In this document: positions 1-9,651 of the stretch, one piece after another
Layout: each line of letters opens with the position of its first letter
Numbering within the stretch: the stretch's first letter is position 1
Source: a virus
DNA: 64,000 nt
Virus record (IMG/VR): IMGVR_UViG_3300026097_001223
Span: 32,001 to 96,000 of that record
Strand: one strand, 5' to 3'
The notes under the pieces: generated by a model
What the model saw: only the letters and a program-made list of their open reading frames with translations
The model's database searches: none
What the model was told of the DNA's origin: nothing
Program-made: the position numbers and the translations under genes

Positions 1-3000
1 GCTGGGAGACCATTTCTGGTGACCAGTCAACGAGAGCTTGTAACCACGTTTGGAAATCCGTTTTTCTATAAAACAACCAATGGTACGCCAATCAACGGCT
101 ATGAGCTCAACGAATATGGATTGCTAGCTGCATACAGTGTGCTAGGAGTTACTAATCGTGCATTTATAGTAAGAGCTGATATTGATCTAGCAGAACTCAC
201 AGCAACCACAGTAAGGCCGACAGGCAATCCTGATAACGGCACTTATTGGTTCGATCTGAATACCACACAGTATGGTGTATTTGAATGGAGTGCTACTACC
301 GGCAGTTTTACAAATAAGACACTAATTCAAATCACAGATACAGCTAATTTAGATACTGGTATACCAAAAGACAGCATTGGAAACTACGGTGATTATGCTG
401 TGGTTAATACTAATGTTAATAACCCAGTATACTATAAAGCCAGCAGACTAGACGGACTAACTGCAAGTGCTGGTTGGGTGCTAGTAGGCAGCGATGACTG
501 GTGCACTGCTTGGCCTACTATACAAACTCCTAACAGTAATCCTACACTAGTAGCATCTGCAACTATTGTCATCAACGGCGACACTGTAACAGTACCAGAT
601 ACAACAATATCAGGACTAGCCGTTGCAATTAACACTGCAAGTATTACAGGTGTAACCGCGGCAGTGGTTAACAACAAGCTTGAACTTTATGCAGACACTA
701 CGGCTACCAGTGACGGAAGCACCGAAGACGGTATTATTGATATTATAGATGGATCGGGTATTACACTAACACTGTTAGGAATACTTGCAGGAACATATGC
801 ATGCCCAGCACTACAACAAACACCTCACACACAAGTGCCAAGATGGAGAAGCACAGATACTACACCTAGACCAACAGGAAGTATTTGGCAAAAAACAACT
901 GCGGTAAACCAAGGTACAGATCTTGTTGTAAAACGCTATGACAGCGTGTTAGGCAGTTTTGTTGAGCAAGATGCTCCTCTGTATGCCAATGATCAAACTG
1001 CTAATAATGCACTTGATCCATCAGGTGGCGGACAGAATATCAGCCAAAATGCAACTTATACACAAACAGATGTTAGTGAAAATAATACATTAACCTTTAA
1101 ATTGTTTGAAAGAATCAGCGCAGGACAAACTGTTGTAACCAGTGAAGATACATCACCAACATTTAGCATTGGCACCACCTTTACGATTCAGGCAAGTGCA
1201 TCTGGCAGTAATTCTCTAACAACAGCAGTAACTGCCACACTAAACGGCACTGACGCTGCCAGTTTTGTTGAAGCATTTTTGAACGCAAACGTTGCAAATA
1301 CCACTGCTAGTGTAACAGCAGGCGGCGCGGTGCAGATACGACACACACAAGGTGGTGTAATTGTACTTAAAGACACTGGTTTTGGAAACACACCTGTGGC
1401 AGATGCAGGATTTAATACAAGTCTAGTCAATGTAAGAGCCGGAAACGAAAATGATTTAATTTTGAGTAACTGGATCCCATTAGGCGGTACAGACGGTTAT
1501 ACTGCAAGTTTAACAGCACCAGATCAAGATCCATCAAATGGTACCAAGTGGTATTACAGTGCTGTAGACGAAATTGATATTATGATTCATGATGGCACAG
1601 CCTGGAAAGGTTACCAAAATGTCACCAATGATGTGCGTGGTTTTAACCTAAGCAACACTGACCCTCTAGGGCCGCAGGTGAGTGCAAGTGCGCCAACTAC
1701 ACAAACAGATGGCACTGCTCTTGTACAAGGTGATTTGTGGATTGATTCAAGCGACTTAGAAAATTATCCAAGAATCTATCGCTGGGAGTCACAGAGTGGC
1801 GAACTGCAATGGGTATTACTTGATAACACAGATCAAACCACAGAGAACGGTGTAGTATTTGCTGATGCACGTTGGGGAACCAGTGGATCAGTGGATCCAG
1901 TAGCAGGTGATCTTCCGACTATAACCAGTTTGTTAACCAGTGATTACCTTGATCTTGATGCACCAGACGAAAACCTGTATCCAGCAGGAACACTGCTGTT
2001 TAATACACGTAGAAGTGGATTCAACGTCAAAGAGTTCCGTGTTAACTATTTCAACAGCGACGACTTCTCTGGTGTTATTCCTAGCGAAACAGATGCCTGG
2101 GTAACAGTAGCCGGTAATAAAGATGATGGAAGTCCTTATATGGGCAGACAGTCAGTTCGCCAGCTTGTAGTGCAGGCTATGAAAAGTTCGTTGGATAACA
2201 GTGTAGAGCTTCGTGAAGAGCAAAGAGACTTTAACTTGATTTCTGCACCAGGATATCCAGAGTTGTACAGCAACATGGTTACATTAAACAACGACAGAGA
2301 CAACACGGCATTTGTAATTGGTGATACTCCATTAAGACTGAGCAACGATGCAAATGAACTTCTTACTTGGGCAACCAACAACAATGGTGCTGGATTAAGC
2401 ACAGGTGATGGATTAACTGTAAATGACACGTACCTTGGAGTGTTCTACCCAAGTTGTCAAACCAGCGACCTTACAGGCAGTACAGTGGTACAGCCAGCCA
2501 GTCACATGATGCTGAGAACATTTATTCGAAGTGATGAAGTCAGCTTCCCTTGGTTAGCACCAGCCGGTATTAGACGAGGAGTTGTAGATAATGCTACAGC
2601 AATCGGATATATCGACAGTGCCACAGGTGAATTTGAAAGCATAAATGTAAGTCAAGGTATACGTGACGTTTTATACGAAAACAAAGTTAACCCAATTACA
2701 TTTATTCCAGGTACAGGTATTACAAACTTTGGTAACAAGACCACTACTGGTGTGACCAGTGCGCTTGACAGAATCAACGTTGCAAGACTAGTTGCCTTCC
2801 TAAGAGGCAGACTTGAAGAGATTGGACGCCAATTCTTGTTTGAGCCAAATGACAAAGCCACACGTGATGAAGTTAAACTAGTAGTCGAAGGACTGCTAAA
2901 TGACTTGATTGCCAAGCGTGGTATCTTTGACTACTTGGTTGTATGCGACGAGTCAAACAATACTCCAGCTAGAATTGATCGCAACGAACTTTATGTTGAT

Positions 3001-3087
3001 GTTGCAATTGAGCCAAGCAAAGCAGTTGAGTTTGTTTACATTCCGTTGAGAATCCAGAATACTGGAGAGATCGCAGGAAGTCAGTAA
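1..3087 (+). CDS. gp18: Contractile tail sheath protein (T4 gp18-like), 5' end truncated by the window
   Basis: Frame is open from base 1. The C-terminal sheath signature is present (WLAPAGIRRG, LYENKVNPI, DRINVARL, FEPND, CDESNNT, EFVYIP). It is followed by the tube gene. Confidence 0.95.
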   Translation, partial: AGRPFLVTSQRELVTTFGNPFFYKTTNGTPINGYELNEYGLLAAYSVLGVTNRAFIVRADIDLAELTATTVRPTGNPDNGTYWFDLNTTQYGVFEWSATTGSFTNKTLIQITDTANLDTGIPKDSIGNYGDYAVVNTNVNNPVYYKASRLDGLTASAGWVLVGSDDWCTAWPTIQTPNSNPTLVASATIVINGDTVTVPDTTISGLAVAINTASITGVTAAVVNNKLELYADTTATSDGSTEDGIIDIIDGSGITLTLLGILAGTYACPALQQTPHTQVPRWRSTDTTPRPTGSIWQKTTAVNQGTDLVVKRYDSVLGSFVEQDAPLYANDQTANNALDPSGGGQNISQNATYTQTDVSENNTLTFKLFERISAGQTVVTSEDTSPTFSIGTTFTIQASASGSNSLTTAVTATLNGTDAASFVEAFLNANVANTTASVTAGGAVQIRHTQGGVIVLKDTGFGNTPVADAGFNTSLVNVRAGNENDLILSNWIPLGGTDGYTASLTAPDQDPSNGTKWYYSAVDEIDIMIHDGTAWKGYQNVTNDVRGFNLSNTDPLGPQVSASAPTTQTDGTALVQGDLWIDSSDLENYPRIYRWESQSGELQWVLLDNTDQTTENGVVFADARWGTSGSVDPVAGDLPTITSLLTSDYLDLDAPDENLYPAGTLLFNTRRSGFNVKEFRVNYFNSDDFSGVIPSETDAWVTVAGNKDDGSPYMGRQSVRQLVVQAMKSSLDNSVELREEQRDFNLISAPGYPELYSNMVTLNNDRDNTAFVIGDTPLRLSNDANELLTWATNNNGAGLSTGDGLTVNDTYLGVFYPSCQTSDLTGSTVVQPASHMMLRTFIRSDEVSFPWLAPAGIRRGVVDNATAIGYIDSATGEFESINVSQGIRDVLYENKVNPITFIPGTGITNFGNKTTTGVTSALDRINVARLVAFLRGRLEEIGRQFLFEPNDKATRDEVKLVVEGLLNDLIAKRGIFDYLVVCDESNNTPARIDRNELYVDVAIEPSKAVEFVYIPLRIQNTGEIAGSQ

Positions 3088-3091
3088 TATG

Positions 3092-3118
3092 CAAGGGCCT
3101 TTTAGGCCCTTGGTTTTG
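3092..3118 (+). terminator. Hairpin / putative intrinsic terminator after the sheath gene
   Basis: Perfect 9-bp stem CAAGGGCCT-TTT-AGGCCCTTG followed by GTTTTG; the U-tract is short. Confidence 0.55.
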
Positions 3119-3124
3119 ATACCA

Positions 3125-3130
3125 TAAATA
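3125..3130 (+). promoter_or_regulatory. T4-like late promoter core TAAATA (tail tube gene)
   Basis: Intergenic CATAAATA, then SD-like AAGGA before ATG 3151. The motif recurs at about 19 gene starts in the window. Confidence 0.7.
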
Positions 3131-3150
3131 CGTTTATAAGGAAGAATATA

Positions 3151-3768
3151 ATGGCAATTTCATCATTAACAAAAATGACAGTACCTTTAGAAGGACAATC
3201 CAACCAAGGACTGTTAATGCCGAAACTAAAGTATCGCTTTAGAGTGAGTTTTAACAATTTTGGAATCAGTACACCGAGAACAGAACTTACCAAGCAGGTT
3301 ATGACATTCAGTAGACCAGAAGTTCAGTTTGATGACATCACAATCGACATTTATAACAGTAAGTTAAGACTTGCTGGTAAACACGAATGGCAGGATGTCC
3401 AGGTTGAGTTGCGTGACGATGCCGGCGGCAACGTTGCAAAGCTAGTAGGCGAGCAACTACAAAAGCAGATGGACTTTGCAGAAATGTCAAGCGCCGCCGC
3501 TGGTATTGATTACAAGTTCACAACCTATTGCGAAATACTTGACGGTGGCAACGGCGAAACAGAACCAACAGTGTTAGAAACTTGGGAACTGTACGGTTGT
3601 TATTTGACCACAGTCAACTACGAAGATCTGGATTACAGCGAGAGTGCACCAGTTACCATGACACTGACCATGCGCTATGACAATGCACTACAAACGCCAC
3701 TAGGCAATGGAGTTGGCGCGAGCCTAGGCAGCCTAGTTCGTAATACAGCAGGATCTGCAACAGCCTAA
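3151..3768 (+). CDS. gp19: Tail tube protein (T4 gp19-like)
   Basis: 205 aa directly after the sheath gene, with PKLKYRFRV, G.HEWQD and W.L.GC motifs typical of T4-like tubes. Confidence 0.9.
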   Translation: MAISSLTKMTVPLEGQSNQGLLMPKLKYRFRVSFNNFGISTPRTELTKQVMTFSRPEVQFDDITIDIYNSKLRLAGKHEWQDVQVELRDDAGGNVAKLVGEQLQKQMDFAEMSSAAAGIDYKFTTYCEILDGGNGETEPTVLETWELYGCYLTTVNYEDLDYSESAPVTMTLTMRYDNALQTPLGNGVGASLGSLVRNTAGSATA

Positions 3769-3779
3769 GGCAGGGTAGC

Positions 3780-4922
3780 ATGGCATTTGGCCAGGACTTT
3801 TTAAAGGGTTTCTTTGGAAGCGATTATCTAAAAGATTACTCTCATGCAAGCAAAACTTACCGCAGTGCTGGATATGAACTGGCACCGCGGTTTAAGTTTT
3901 TATATCATGTGTATTTTAATCTCAACACTGCACAAATACCCACACTAAGAACTGTGTTTGACACAACCAAGCAGGATCAACTGGGACTGTTGTGCAAACA
4001 AGTAGATCTACCTAAATACGATGTCGACACAGACACACTGATTCAATACAATCGCAAACGCAACATACAGACTCGTATCAACTATGAGCCTGTGCGTATT
4101 ATGATGCATGATGACAGTGCAGATCTCAGCCGTAAACTGTGGTACAATTATTACAGCTATTACTACAAGGATCCTAGTCAAAAGTACAACGGAACTCCAA
4201 ACTCGCAAGGCACTGCAGGCCCAGTGACTACGCCAACCGGCTTTGACTACAACGAAAGAAACATATACAAAAACAATCTAGCGGTAAATGATTGGGGTTA
4301 CATAGGCGAAGCCTATAGCGACAGCACTCAAAGCACTAGTGGCAAGCCAGCATTTTTCAAAGACATAACCATTTATGGGTTTAGTCACAAACAGTTTTAC
4401 AGTTATACCTTGATAAATCCTATTATCACTGCGTTCGAGCACGACACATATGACTACAGCGAAGACGCTGGACTGATGAGCAACACCATGACAATACAGT
4501 ACGAAACTGTAAAGTATGGCAGTGGAACTATTGGCAGTGGACAAGTTCCAGGCTTTGGTAATCCATCGCACTATGACACAGAACCCAGTCCAATTGCCAC
4601 TGGCGGTAGTACAACCAGTGTACTAGGTCAAGGTGGATTGGTAGATGCTGGAGTTGGTGTGTTCAATGATTTATCCAGCGGCAATTTTCTTGGCGCAATT
4701 CAAAAGGCTGGTGCTATTGCTACCAATCCAAGGCTTAACAGTGTAAACGATATTACAGGAGTCCTGAAAACTGAAATAAAAGATAACGCTGTGAATTATC
4801 TGCGCAGTGATGCTGCCAGTCAGCAAATCAGCAATGGAATAAAAACACTCACACCACCTACAACTAATGCTAAGAAAGTTGATGTTGATAGTCTTTTAAA
4901 CTTTATCCCGGGTAACGAATAA
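3780..4922 (+). CDS. Tube-fold baseplate/tail-tube initiator or cap protein (gp48/gp54-like)
   Basis: Tube-like motifs (PRFKFLYHV, VDLPKY, YEPV...HDD, TIQYETVKY) and its position after the tube gene. Confidence 0.6.
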   Translation: MAFGQDFLKGFFGSDYLKDYSHASKTYRSAGYELAPRFKFLYHVYFNLNTAQIPTLRTVFDTTKQDQLGLLCKQVDLPKYDVDTDTLIQYNRKRNIQTRINYEPVRIMMHDDSADLSRKLWYNYYSYYYKDPSQKYNGTPNSQGTAGPVTTPTGFDYNERNIYKNNLAVNDWGYIGEAYSDSTQSTSGKPAFFKDITIYGFSHKQFYSYTLINPIITAFEHDTYDYSEDAGLMSNTMTIQYETVKYGSGTIGSGQVPGFGNPSHYDTEPSPIATGGSTTSVLGQGGLVDAGVGVFNDLSSGNFLGAIQKAGAIATNPRLNSVNDITGVLKTEIKDNAVNYLRSDAASQQISNGIKTLTPPTTNAKKVDVDSLLNFIPGNE

Positions 4923-5284
4923 TGGTACAAAGTGTAAACTACGTTAAAACAAATCAAGATAAAACTGTGAGCATATTCAACAGTTTTTACAATTTAGAAA
5001 TGACCATCAATGGCAACGAATGGGATGTAGTTTACAGCTACCTGCGTAGTATAACCACCAGTGAACAGAGTGCAGAAAATCTTGCACTGGCAGTGTTTAA
5101 AATTGCCGCCGACAATGATTTTCTAGTAATGGATGTTCTAGATCAGATCAAAGGGCAAGATAAACTACAACTCACGGCCAGTCTCAGTTACTATCTAAAC
5201 AGCATAAGAAATGCCACTACATATCTTGCCATTGGGCAACCCGTAATTCCTATTCAAGCCGCGGCACGTAATGTACACACATGA
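4922..5284 (+). CDS. Hypothetical protein (morphogenesis cluster)
   Basis: 120-aa ORF overlapping both neighbours by 1-4 nt. Confidence 0.7.
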   Translation: MVQSVNYVKTNQDKTVSIFNSFYNLEMTINGNEWDVVYSYLRSITTSEQSAENLALAVFKIAADNDFLVMDVLDQIKGQDKLQLTASLSYYLNSIRNATTYLAIGQPVIPIQAAARNVHT

Positions 5285-5706
5285 GAAAAAAGTATGCCCA
5301 AGGCAAGTATACTCCTTTAAATAAGGACAAGTATGTAGGCAAGAAATTACCAACCTATCGCAGTGGTTGGGAACTTGCTTTTATGCGTTTTTGCGATAGC
5401 AATAACAATGTCATGCAGTGGGCCAGCGAAAGTATAACAATACCTTATCGCAATCCAATAACAGGCAAGCAGAGCATTTATGTTCCTGACTTTTTTATTA
5501 CCTATCGTGATAAAAACAACACCATGAAAGCAGAGTTGATTGAAATCAAACCTCGCAAACAAAGTGTTATTGAAGGACGCATGAGTGAACAACAAAAAGC
5601 TGTTGTTGCTGTAAATTATGCCAAGTGGGACGCTGCACAAAAGTGGTGCAAAGGACAGGGCATACGATTTAGAGTGGTGACAGAGGATGATATTTTTAGA
5701 CAATGA
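5281..5706 (+). CDS. gp4: Head completion nuclease (T4 gp4-like, TnsA-type PD-(D/E)xK)
   Basis: YRSGWE...FM.FCD, WASE, IPY, YVPDF and IEIKP motifs. Confidence 0.85.
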   Translation: MRKKYAQGKYTPLNKDKYVGKKLPTYRSGWELAFMRFCDSNNNVMQWASESITIPYRNPITGKQSIYVPDFFITYRDKNNTMKAELIEIKPRKQSVIEGRMSEQQKAVVAVNYAKWDAAQKWCKGQGIRFRVVTEDDIFRQ

Positions 5707-6212
5707 CCAAGAAATTAGAACAGCTTTTTAACATAGATGATGTAGAAAATCAACCCAGCACAGAAACTGATGACGACGAGTTGTCAGAAAGCGTGCCTGT
5801 TGATGTGTCATCACTGCAACAGGATCTCAGCGCACTGGATAAAATCAACAATGCATTGCCAGCAGTAAAAGGCCTAGAAGCCAGTGACGTTGAAATGGAC
5901 GATCTAGCTGGTAAAGCAATCGAAAGCTATGAGAATCTCATGGACCTTGGCATGCAGGTAGAAAGTAGATTCAGCAGTGAAATATTCAGCGTCGCCGGAC
6001 AAATGCTCAATCATGCTATTACAGCAAGAACAGCAAAAGCAAATAAAAAACTCAAAATGATTGAATTGCAACTTAAACAGGCCAGACTGGCTCAACAGGA
6101 AGCAAAACAAAACACAGATGATATACCCACTGGCGAAGCACAGGTTTTAGACAGAAACGAGTTGCTGAAAGCCATCTTGGACAAGAATAAAAAAGATGAT
6201 TCGTCCAGCTAA
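5703..6212 (+). CDS. Helical protein, possible terminase small subunit
   Basis: Acidic N-terminus, coiled-coil core and head-packaging context; the function is inferred only. Confidence 0.4.
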   Translation: MTKKLEQLFNIDDVENQPSTETDDDELSESVPVDVSSLQQDLSALDKINNALPAVKGLEASDVEMDDLAGKAIESYENLMDLGMQVESRFSSEIFSVAGQMLNHAITARTAKANKKLKMIELQLKQARLAQQEAKQNTDDIPTGEAQVLDRNELLKAILDKNKKDDSSS

Positions 6213-6215
6213 ATA
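6210..6215 (+). promoter_or_regulatory. Late promoter core TAAATA
   Basis: Upstream of the 6234-10940 cluster, followed by SD-like AAGGA. Confidence 0.65.
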
Positions 6216-6233
6216 CAGCAAGGAAAGTATGAT

Positions 6234-6809
6234 ATGAAAACATTTAAACAGTATCTCGCAGAGAGTGCCAACCCTTACCGCTATCGTATTAAAATAGCTG
6301 GCGACCTTCAACCAGAAGTGTTAGACAGCTTGAAAAAACGCCTGGACAAGTATGATCCAGAAAGTGTTAGCGAACCCAAAAAGACACCTGTACAGAAAAG
6401 CCCAGCAGGGTTTCCAGAACTGGCAAATCAAGAAATACACATCATTGATGCTGTGTTAAACTATCCTGCCAGTCAAGAAGAGCTCACTGAACTTTTTCAT
6501 CAAGCAGGCGGTGATCCAGATCATTTTCGTGTATTCACAGCAGAGTATGATGACACAGTGAATCAACAAGCAGAGGCAGCCGAAGAAGGTCCACTGTTAG
6601 AAAAAGATTTCCCTGATGCTAGCAAAGAAAGCAATGAAGCCAGCGAAGCATACAGCAACGCAGATGTTATCGAAAACAGTGCAGAAGGTGTTGACTACGA
6701 AATTGCAGGCGGGTCAACTGCGGCAGCTAAAACAACCAATGATTATCCTACACAGGACAAGAGCCCGATAGGCGGGACAAACAAAATTCCAGACCCATAC
6801 AAAATTTAA
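6234..6809 (+). CDS. Putative internal head protein
   Basis: N-terminus MKTFKQYLAE resembles the T4 capsid-targeting sequence MKTYQEFIAE. Confidence 0.5.
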   Translation: MKTFKQYLAESANPYRYRIKIAGDLQPEVLDSLKKRLDKYDPESVSEPKKTPVQKSPAGFPELANQEIHIIDAVLNYPASQEELTELFHQAGGDPDHFRVFTAEYDDTVNQQAEAAEEGPLLEKDFPDASKESNEASEAYSNADVIENSAEGVDYEIAGGSTAAAKTTNDYPTQDKSPIGGTNKIPDPYKI

Positions 6810-6821
6810 GGACACCCAGCA

Positions 6822-8237
6822 ATGGAAAACATTTACACAATACTAGAAAGTTTTAACCGCGTCGAGGAAGCAGAAAAGCTTTCTGAAATGATGGGCAACT
6901 ATACAATTATGAAAGACGGTAAAGTGGTAGCAAGAGGCGTTCGTGCCACGAGCGAGCAAGACGCAATCAAACAGGCGTACATGAAAATGGGTAGTGCTAG
7001 CAAGTATACTGGTGCCGGAATGGACAGTTTCAAAGCTGTGCGAGAAGAGCAAGAATTTAGCGAAGATGATATAGATGAAAATGCTTTCAACCAAGCGGCA
7101 GCCGCAGCAGCCAGAGCAGGCAAGACAGAATTTGAATTTGGTGGTAAAACACACCCTGTGAAAATGGATAAATCCACTGCTCACCAGCTAGACGACGACG
7201 TAAACGAAGAATCAAAGCCAGATTATATTGACATTGACAAAGACGGCGACAAAGAAGAATCAATGAAAAAAGCTGCTAAAGATGCTGAAAAAATGAAAGA
7301 AGACTACGACAAAGACGAGTATGACGAAGAAGGCGAAATGGCTGACAATCAGCTTGACGTAGTGCATGATGCCGCTAAAGAATTGCAAGACATTATCGAC
7401 AGCGATGACAATCTTCCTGAGTGGGTACAAAAGAAAATTACACTTGCCATGGACTATCTAGACACAGCCCGCGACTACATGGGCAGTGTAGAAGACGAAG
7501 TGGAAGAGCCAGAGGAGCTGGAAGAAAAAGCTGTTTCTAGAGATCAGCAAGAAGCTGCAGGCGCTGCCCTTAGTGCAAAGCGCGGCGACACTTCGCCTAG
7601 CAAACTGGTAGGCGCTAGCAAAGAAATGTATGATAGCATGACTGAAAAAGAGCTAGAAGATTTTGCTGGCACCAAGCACAAAGGCTTGCCAGAAAAGAAA
7701 AAGAAAAAGAAAACACAAGAAACCACAGTAGCCGGTGCGGTCGCAACTGCAACTGATGCAACAGGTAGCAGTGTTTATGGCAATCCAAGTGTGTACGAGA
7801 ACGAGTTCAAGAAAAAGTTCGATGCACTCACTGAAAGCATGAACGTAAGTGTTAATGCCAGTAACGACGGGAATCAAAGCATGAGTGTTTCAGCTGATGG
7901 CGAAGATGCTGTCAAACTTGGACATCTGCTGAAAATGGCTGGACTTTTTCAAAGTAGTGGATATAAAGAACCATGCCCAAGTTGCGGAGAAATGCACGAA
8001 GGTGAATGCACCATGGAAGAATACGCCAATGAGCCTGATGAGCAAACACAAGACACAGACTTCATGACAAATACCATCTCTGGTGGACTGAATGGACCAA
8101 AAACACAGGTAAATCCAAACAACCCAGGTGATAATCCACTGGCTATGAAAAGTCTTAATAAGACTGCAATCAATCTCGAAGACAGTATCAAAGAAGGCCT
8201 TGATAATCTTTACAAGCAGTACAAGGGCGAGCAATGA
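6822..8237 (+). CDS. Acidic modular protein, putative internal head polyprotein with an embedded DUF3008-like domain
   Basis: Glu-rich linkers; DIDKDGD EF-hand-like loop; QQEAAGAALSAKRG...GASKEMYDSMTEKELEDFA.TKHKGLP recognised by eye as DUF3008-like. Confidence 0.55.
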   Translation: MENIYTILESFNRVEEAEKLSEMMGNYTIMKDGKVVARGVRATSEQDAIKQAYMKMGSASKYTGAGMDSFKAVREEQEFSEDDIDENAFNQAAAAAARAGKTEFEFGGKTHPVKMDKSTAHQLDDDVNEESKPDYIDIDKDGDKEESMKKAAKDAEKMKEDYDKDEYDEEGEMADNQLDVVHDAAKELQDIIDSDDNLPEWVQKKITLAMDYLDTARDYMGSVEDEVEEPEELEEKAVSRDQQEAAGAALSAKRGDTSPSKLVGASKEMYDSMTEKELEDFAGTKHKGLPEKKKKKKTQETTVAGAVATATDATGSSVYGNPSVYENEFKKKFDALTESMNVSVNASNDGNQSMSVSADGEDAVKLGHLLKMAGLFQSSGYKEPCPSCGEMHEGECTMEEYANEPDEQTQDTDFMTNTISGGLNGPKTQVNPNNPGDNPLAMKSLNKTAINLEDSIKEGLDNLYKQYKGEQ

Positions 8238-8971
8238 AGTCGTTAGAAGATTATGTAAAAGAATCAGCAAGGCAACGAGTATTTCCAGTAACTGGTGATG
8301 TTGTTGAATGCAACATCAATGAAGAACTTGCGATTGATCTTGGTGTAGTAGAGCACACCGATGACGGCGTTGTTGTTGAAATGGATGCACTAGCACAGTA
8401 TATTCTAGAGCATTGTGGGTGTAGTTTTGAAGAAGAAGTTAACGAAGCATTCACCACAGCCGTTGCACTAGAACCTGGCTTAGGCGACGAATACAAAACA
8501 GCGGTTAATATAATTAACAAATATCGATCCCAAGGCGTAACCGCAGAGCCAGAAAAAATGGACAATCACTATGAAATTGTTGTAGATGGTCCTCCCAAAG
8601 CAATGCGTGAACTGGAACGTGAGATTAAAAGTGCTGGAGTGACAATGCGAGCAACTGAGTCCATGGACCACAGTGATTTAGACGAAGCAGAATACCAAGG
8701 TCGCGATGTAGAACTTAACAAACCCATGAGAGGCGATGTTAAAAAGTTCAAGGTTTTTGTGCGAGATCCAAAAACAGGGAATGTAAAAAAAGTCAACTTT
8801 GGTTCAAAAGAAATGGAAATCAAGCGTGACGACCCTGCTCGTAGACGCAGTTTTAGAGCTAGACACAAATGTGCAGACAAAACTCTCAAAAAAGATGGCA
8901 CCACAGCCAGCTATTGGAGTTGCAGAATGTGGACAAGCAAGCCAGTAAGCAAAATACTCAAAGGAAAATAA
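8234..8971 (+). CDS. Hypothetical protein with a basic C-terminal domain (putative internal head protein)
   Basis: N-terminus MKSLEDYVKE; acidic first half; Lys/Arg-rich C-domain KVNFG...RRRSFRARHKC...YWSC. Confidence 0.55.
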   Translation: MKSLEDYVKESARQRVFPVTGDVVECNINEELAIDLGVVEHTDDGVVVEMDALAQYILEHCGCSFEEEVNEAFTTAVALEPGLGDEYKTAVNIINKYRSQGVTAEPEKMDNHYEIVVDGPPKAMRELEREIKSAGVTMRATESMDHSDLDEAEYQGRDVELNKPMRGDVKKFKVFVRDPKTGNVKKVNFGSKEMEIKRDDPARRRSFRARHKCADKTLKKDGTTASYWSCRMWTSKPVSKILKGK

Positions 8972-8974
8972 CCA

Positions 8975-9277
8975 ATGGCAACAGTGTATTCAGGTGCTAT
9001 AGCAAACACAACGATATCCACAGATAAAGTTAGAATTTCAACTGGGTCAAATAGTGTTACAGCACAGGTTCGGTTAGCTGCAGATCCTACCAGCAATGCC
9101 AGTGTGTTTTTGTACAATGATGGCAATGTAGCCAACAGTGTGCCAGTGGTTTGTCCAGCAGACGACACTACAGAACTTTGGGTAGGTGTAGGCAACCAAC
9201 TTACTATTGTAGGTGGCAATGCTACTACATTAGAAATTGGCACAGCGACTAGCGGTAATGCAGGTGTACACAATTAA
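8975..9277 (+). CDS. Small beta-rich hypothetical protein (possibly structural)
   Basis: 100-aa Thr/Gly/Ala/Val-rich ORF in a late cluster. Confidence 0.6.
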   Translation: MATVYSGAIANTTISTDKVRISTGSNSVTAQVRLAADPTSNASVFLYNDGNVANSVPVVCPADDTTELWVGVGNQLTIVGGNATTLEIGTATSGNAGVHN

Positions 9278-9651
9278 TGCGAGCACGTGAGTTTATAAGT
9301 GAGGTCAAAGGGTTTAGAAGTAAACTAACCAAAGGCAAAAAACACTACACTCACAGTCAAGCCAGCCCAGGAGGCATTCAAGGCAAAGGCTACTACGATC
9401 TCTATCGAACAAGCATGGCAATAGCTGGGATGGACAAGGACGGTAACAATGAAAACACACCAGATCCAGAAAGCTGGATGGGCAATGATGCATACATTGT
9501 AGCTTACACCGATGAAGAACGTGCCATGACAGAAAAAGCCTATAATGCTCTAGGTAGCAAGCACAGAAAAAACGAGGAAGGACGCAGTTCAGAACCAGAC
9601 GCTGTAAACACACAAAGCCCAGTTAAAGGATTTAAAGGCTACCCGAGATAA
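9277..9651 (+). CDS. Hypothetical protein (putative internal head protein)
   Basis: N-terminus MRAREFISE; 1-nt overlaps with both neighbours. Confidence 0.55.
   Translation: MRAREFISEVKGFRSKLTKGKKHYTHSQASPGGIQGKGYYDLYRTSMAIAGMDKDGNNENTPDPESWMGNDAYIVAYTDEERAMTEKAYNALGSKHRKNEEGRSSEPDAVNTQSPVKGFKGYPR

Noticed and set aside
7690-7716. A-rich tract (poly-Lys) as a programmed frameshift site
   Set aside because: The reading frame continues intact for about 170 codons, and no downstream stimulatory structure or useful alternative frame was seen.
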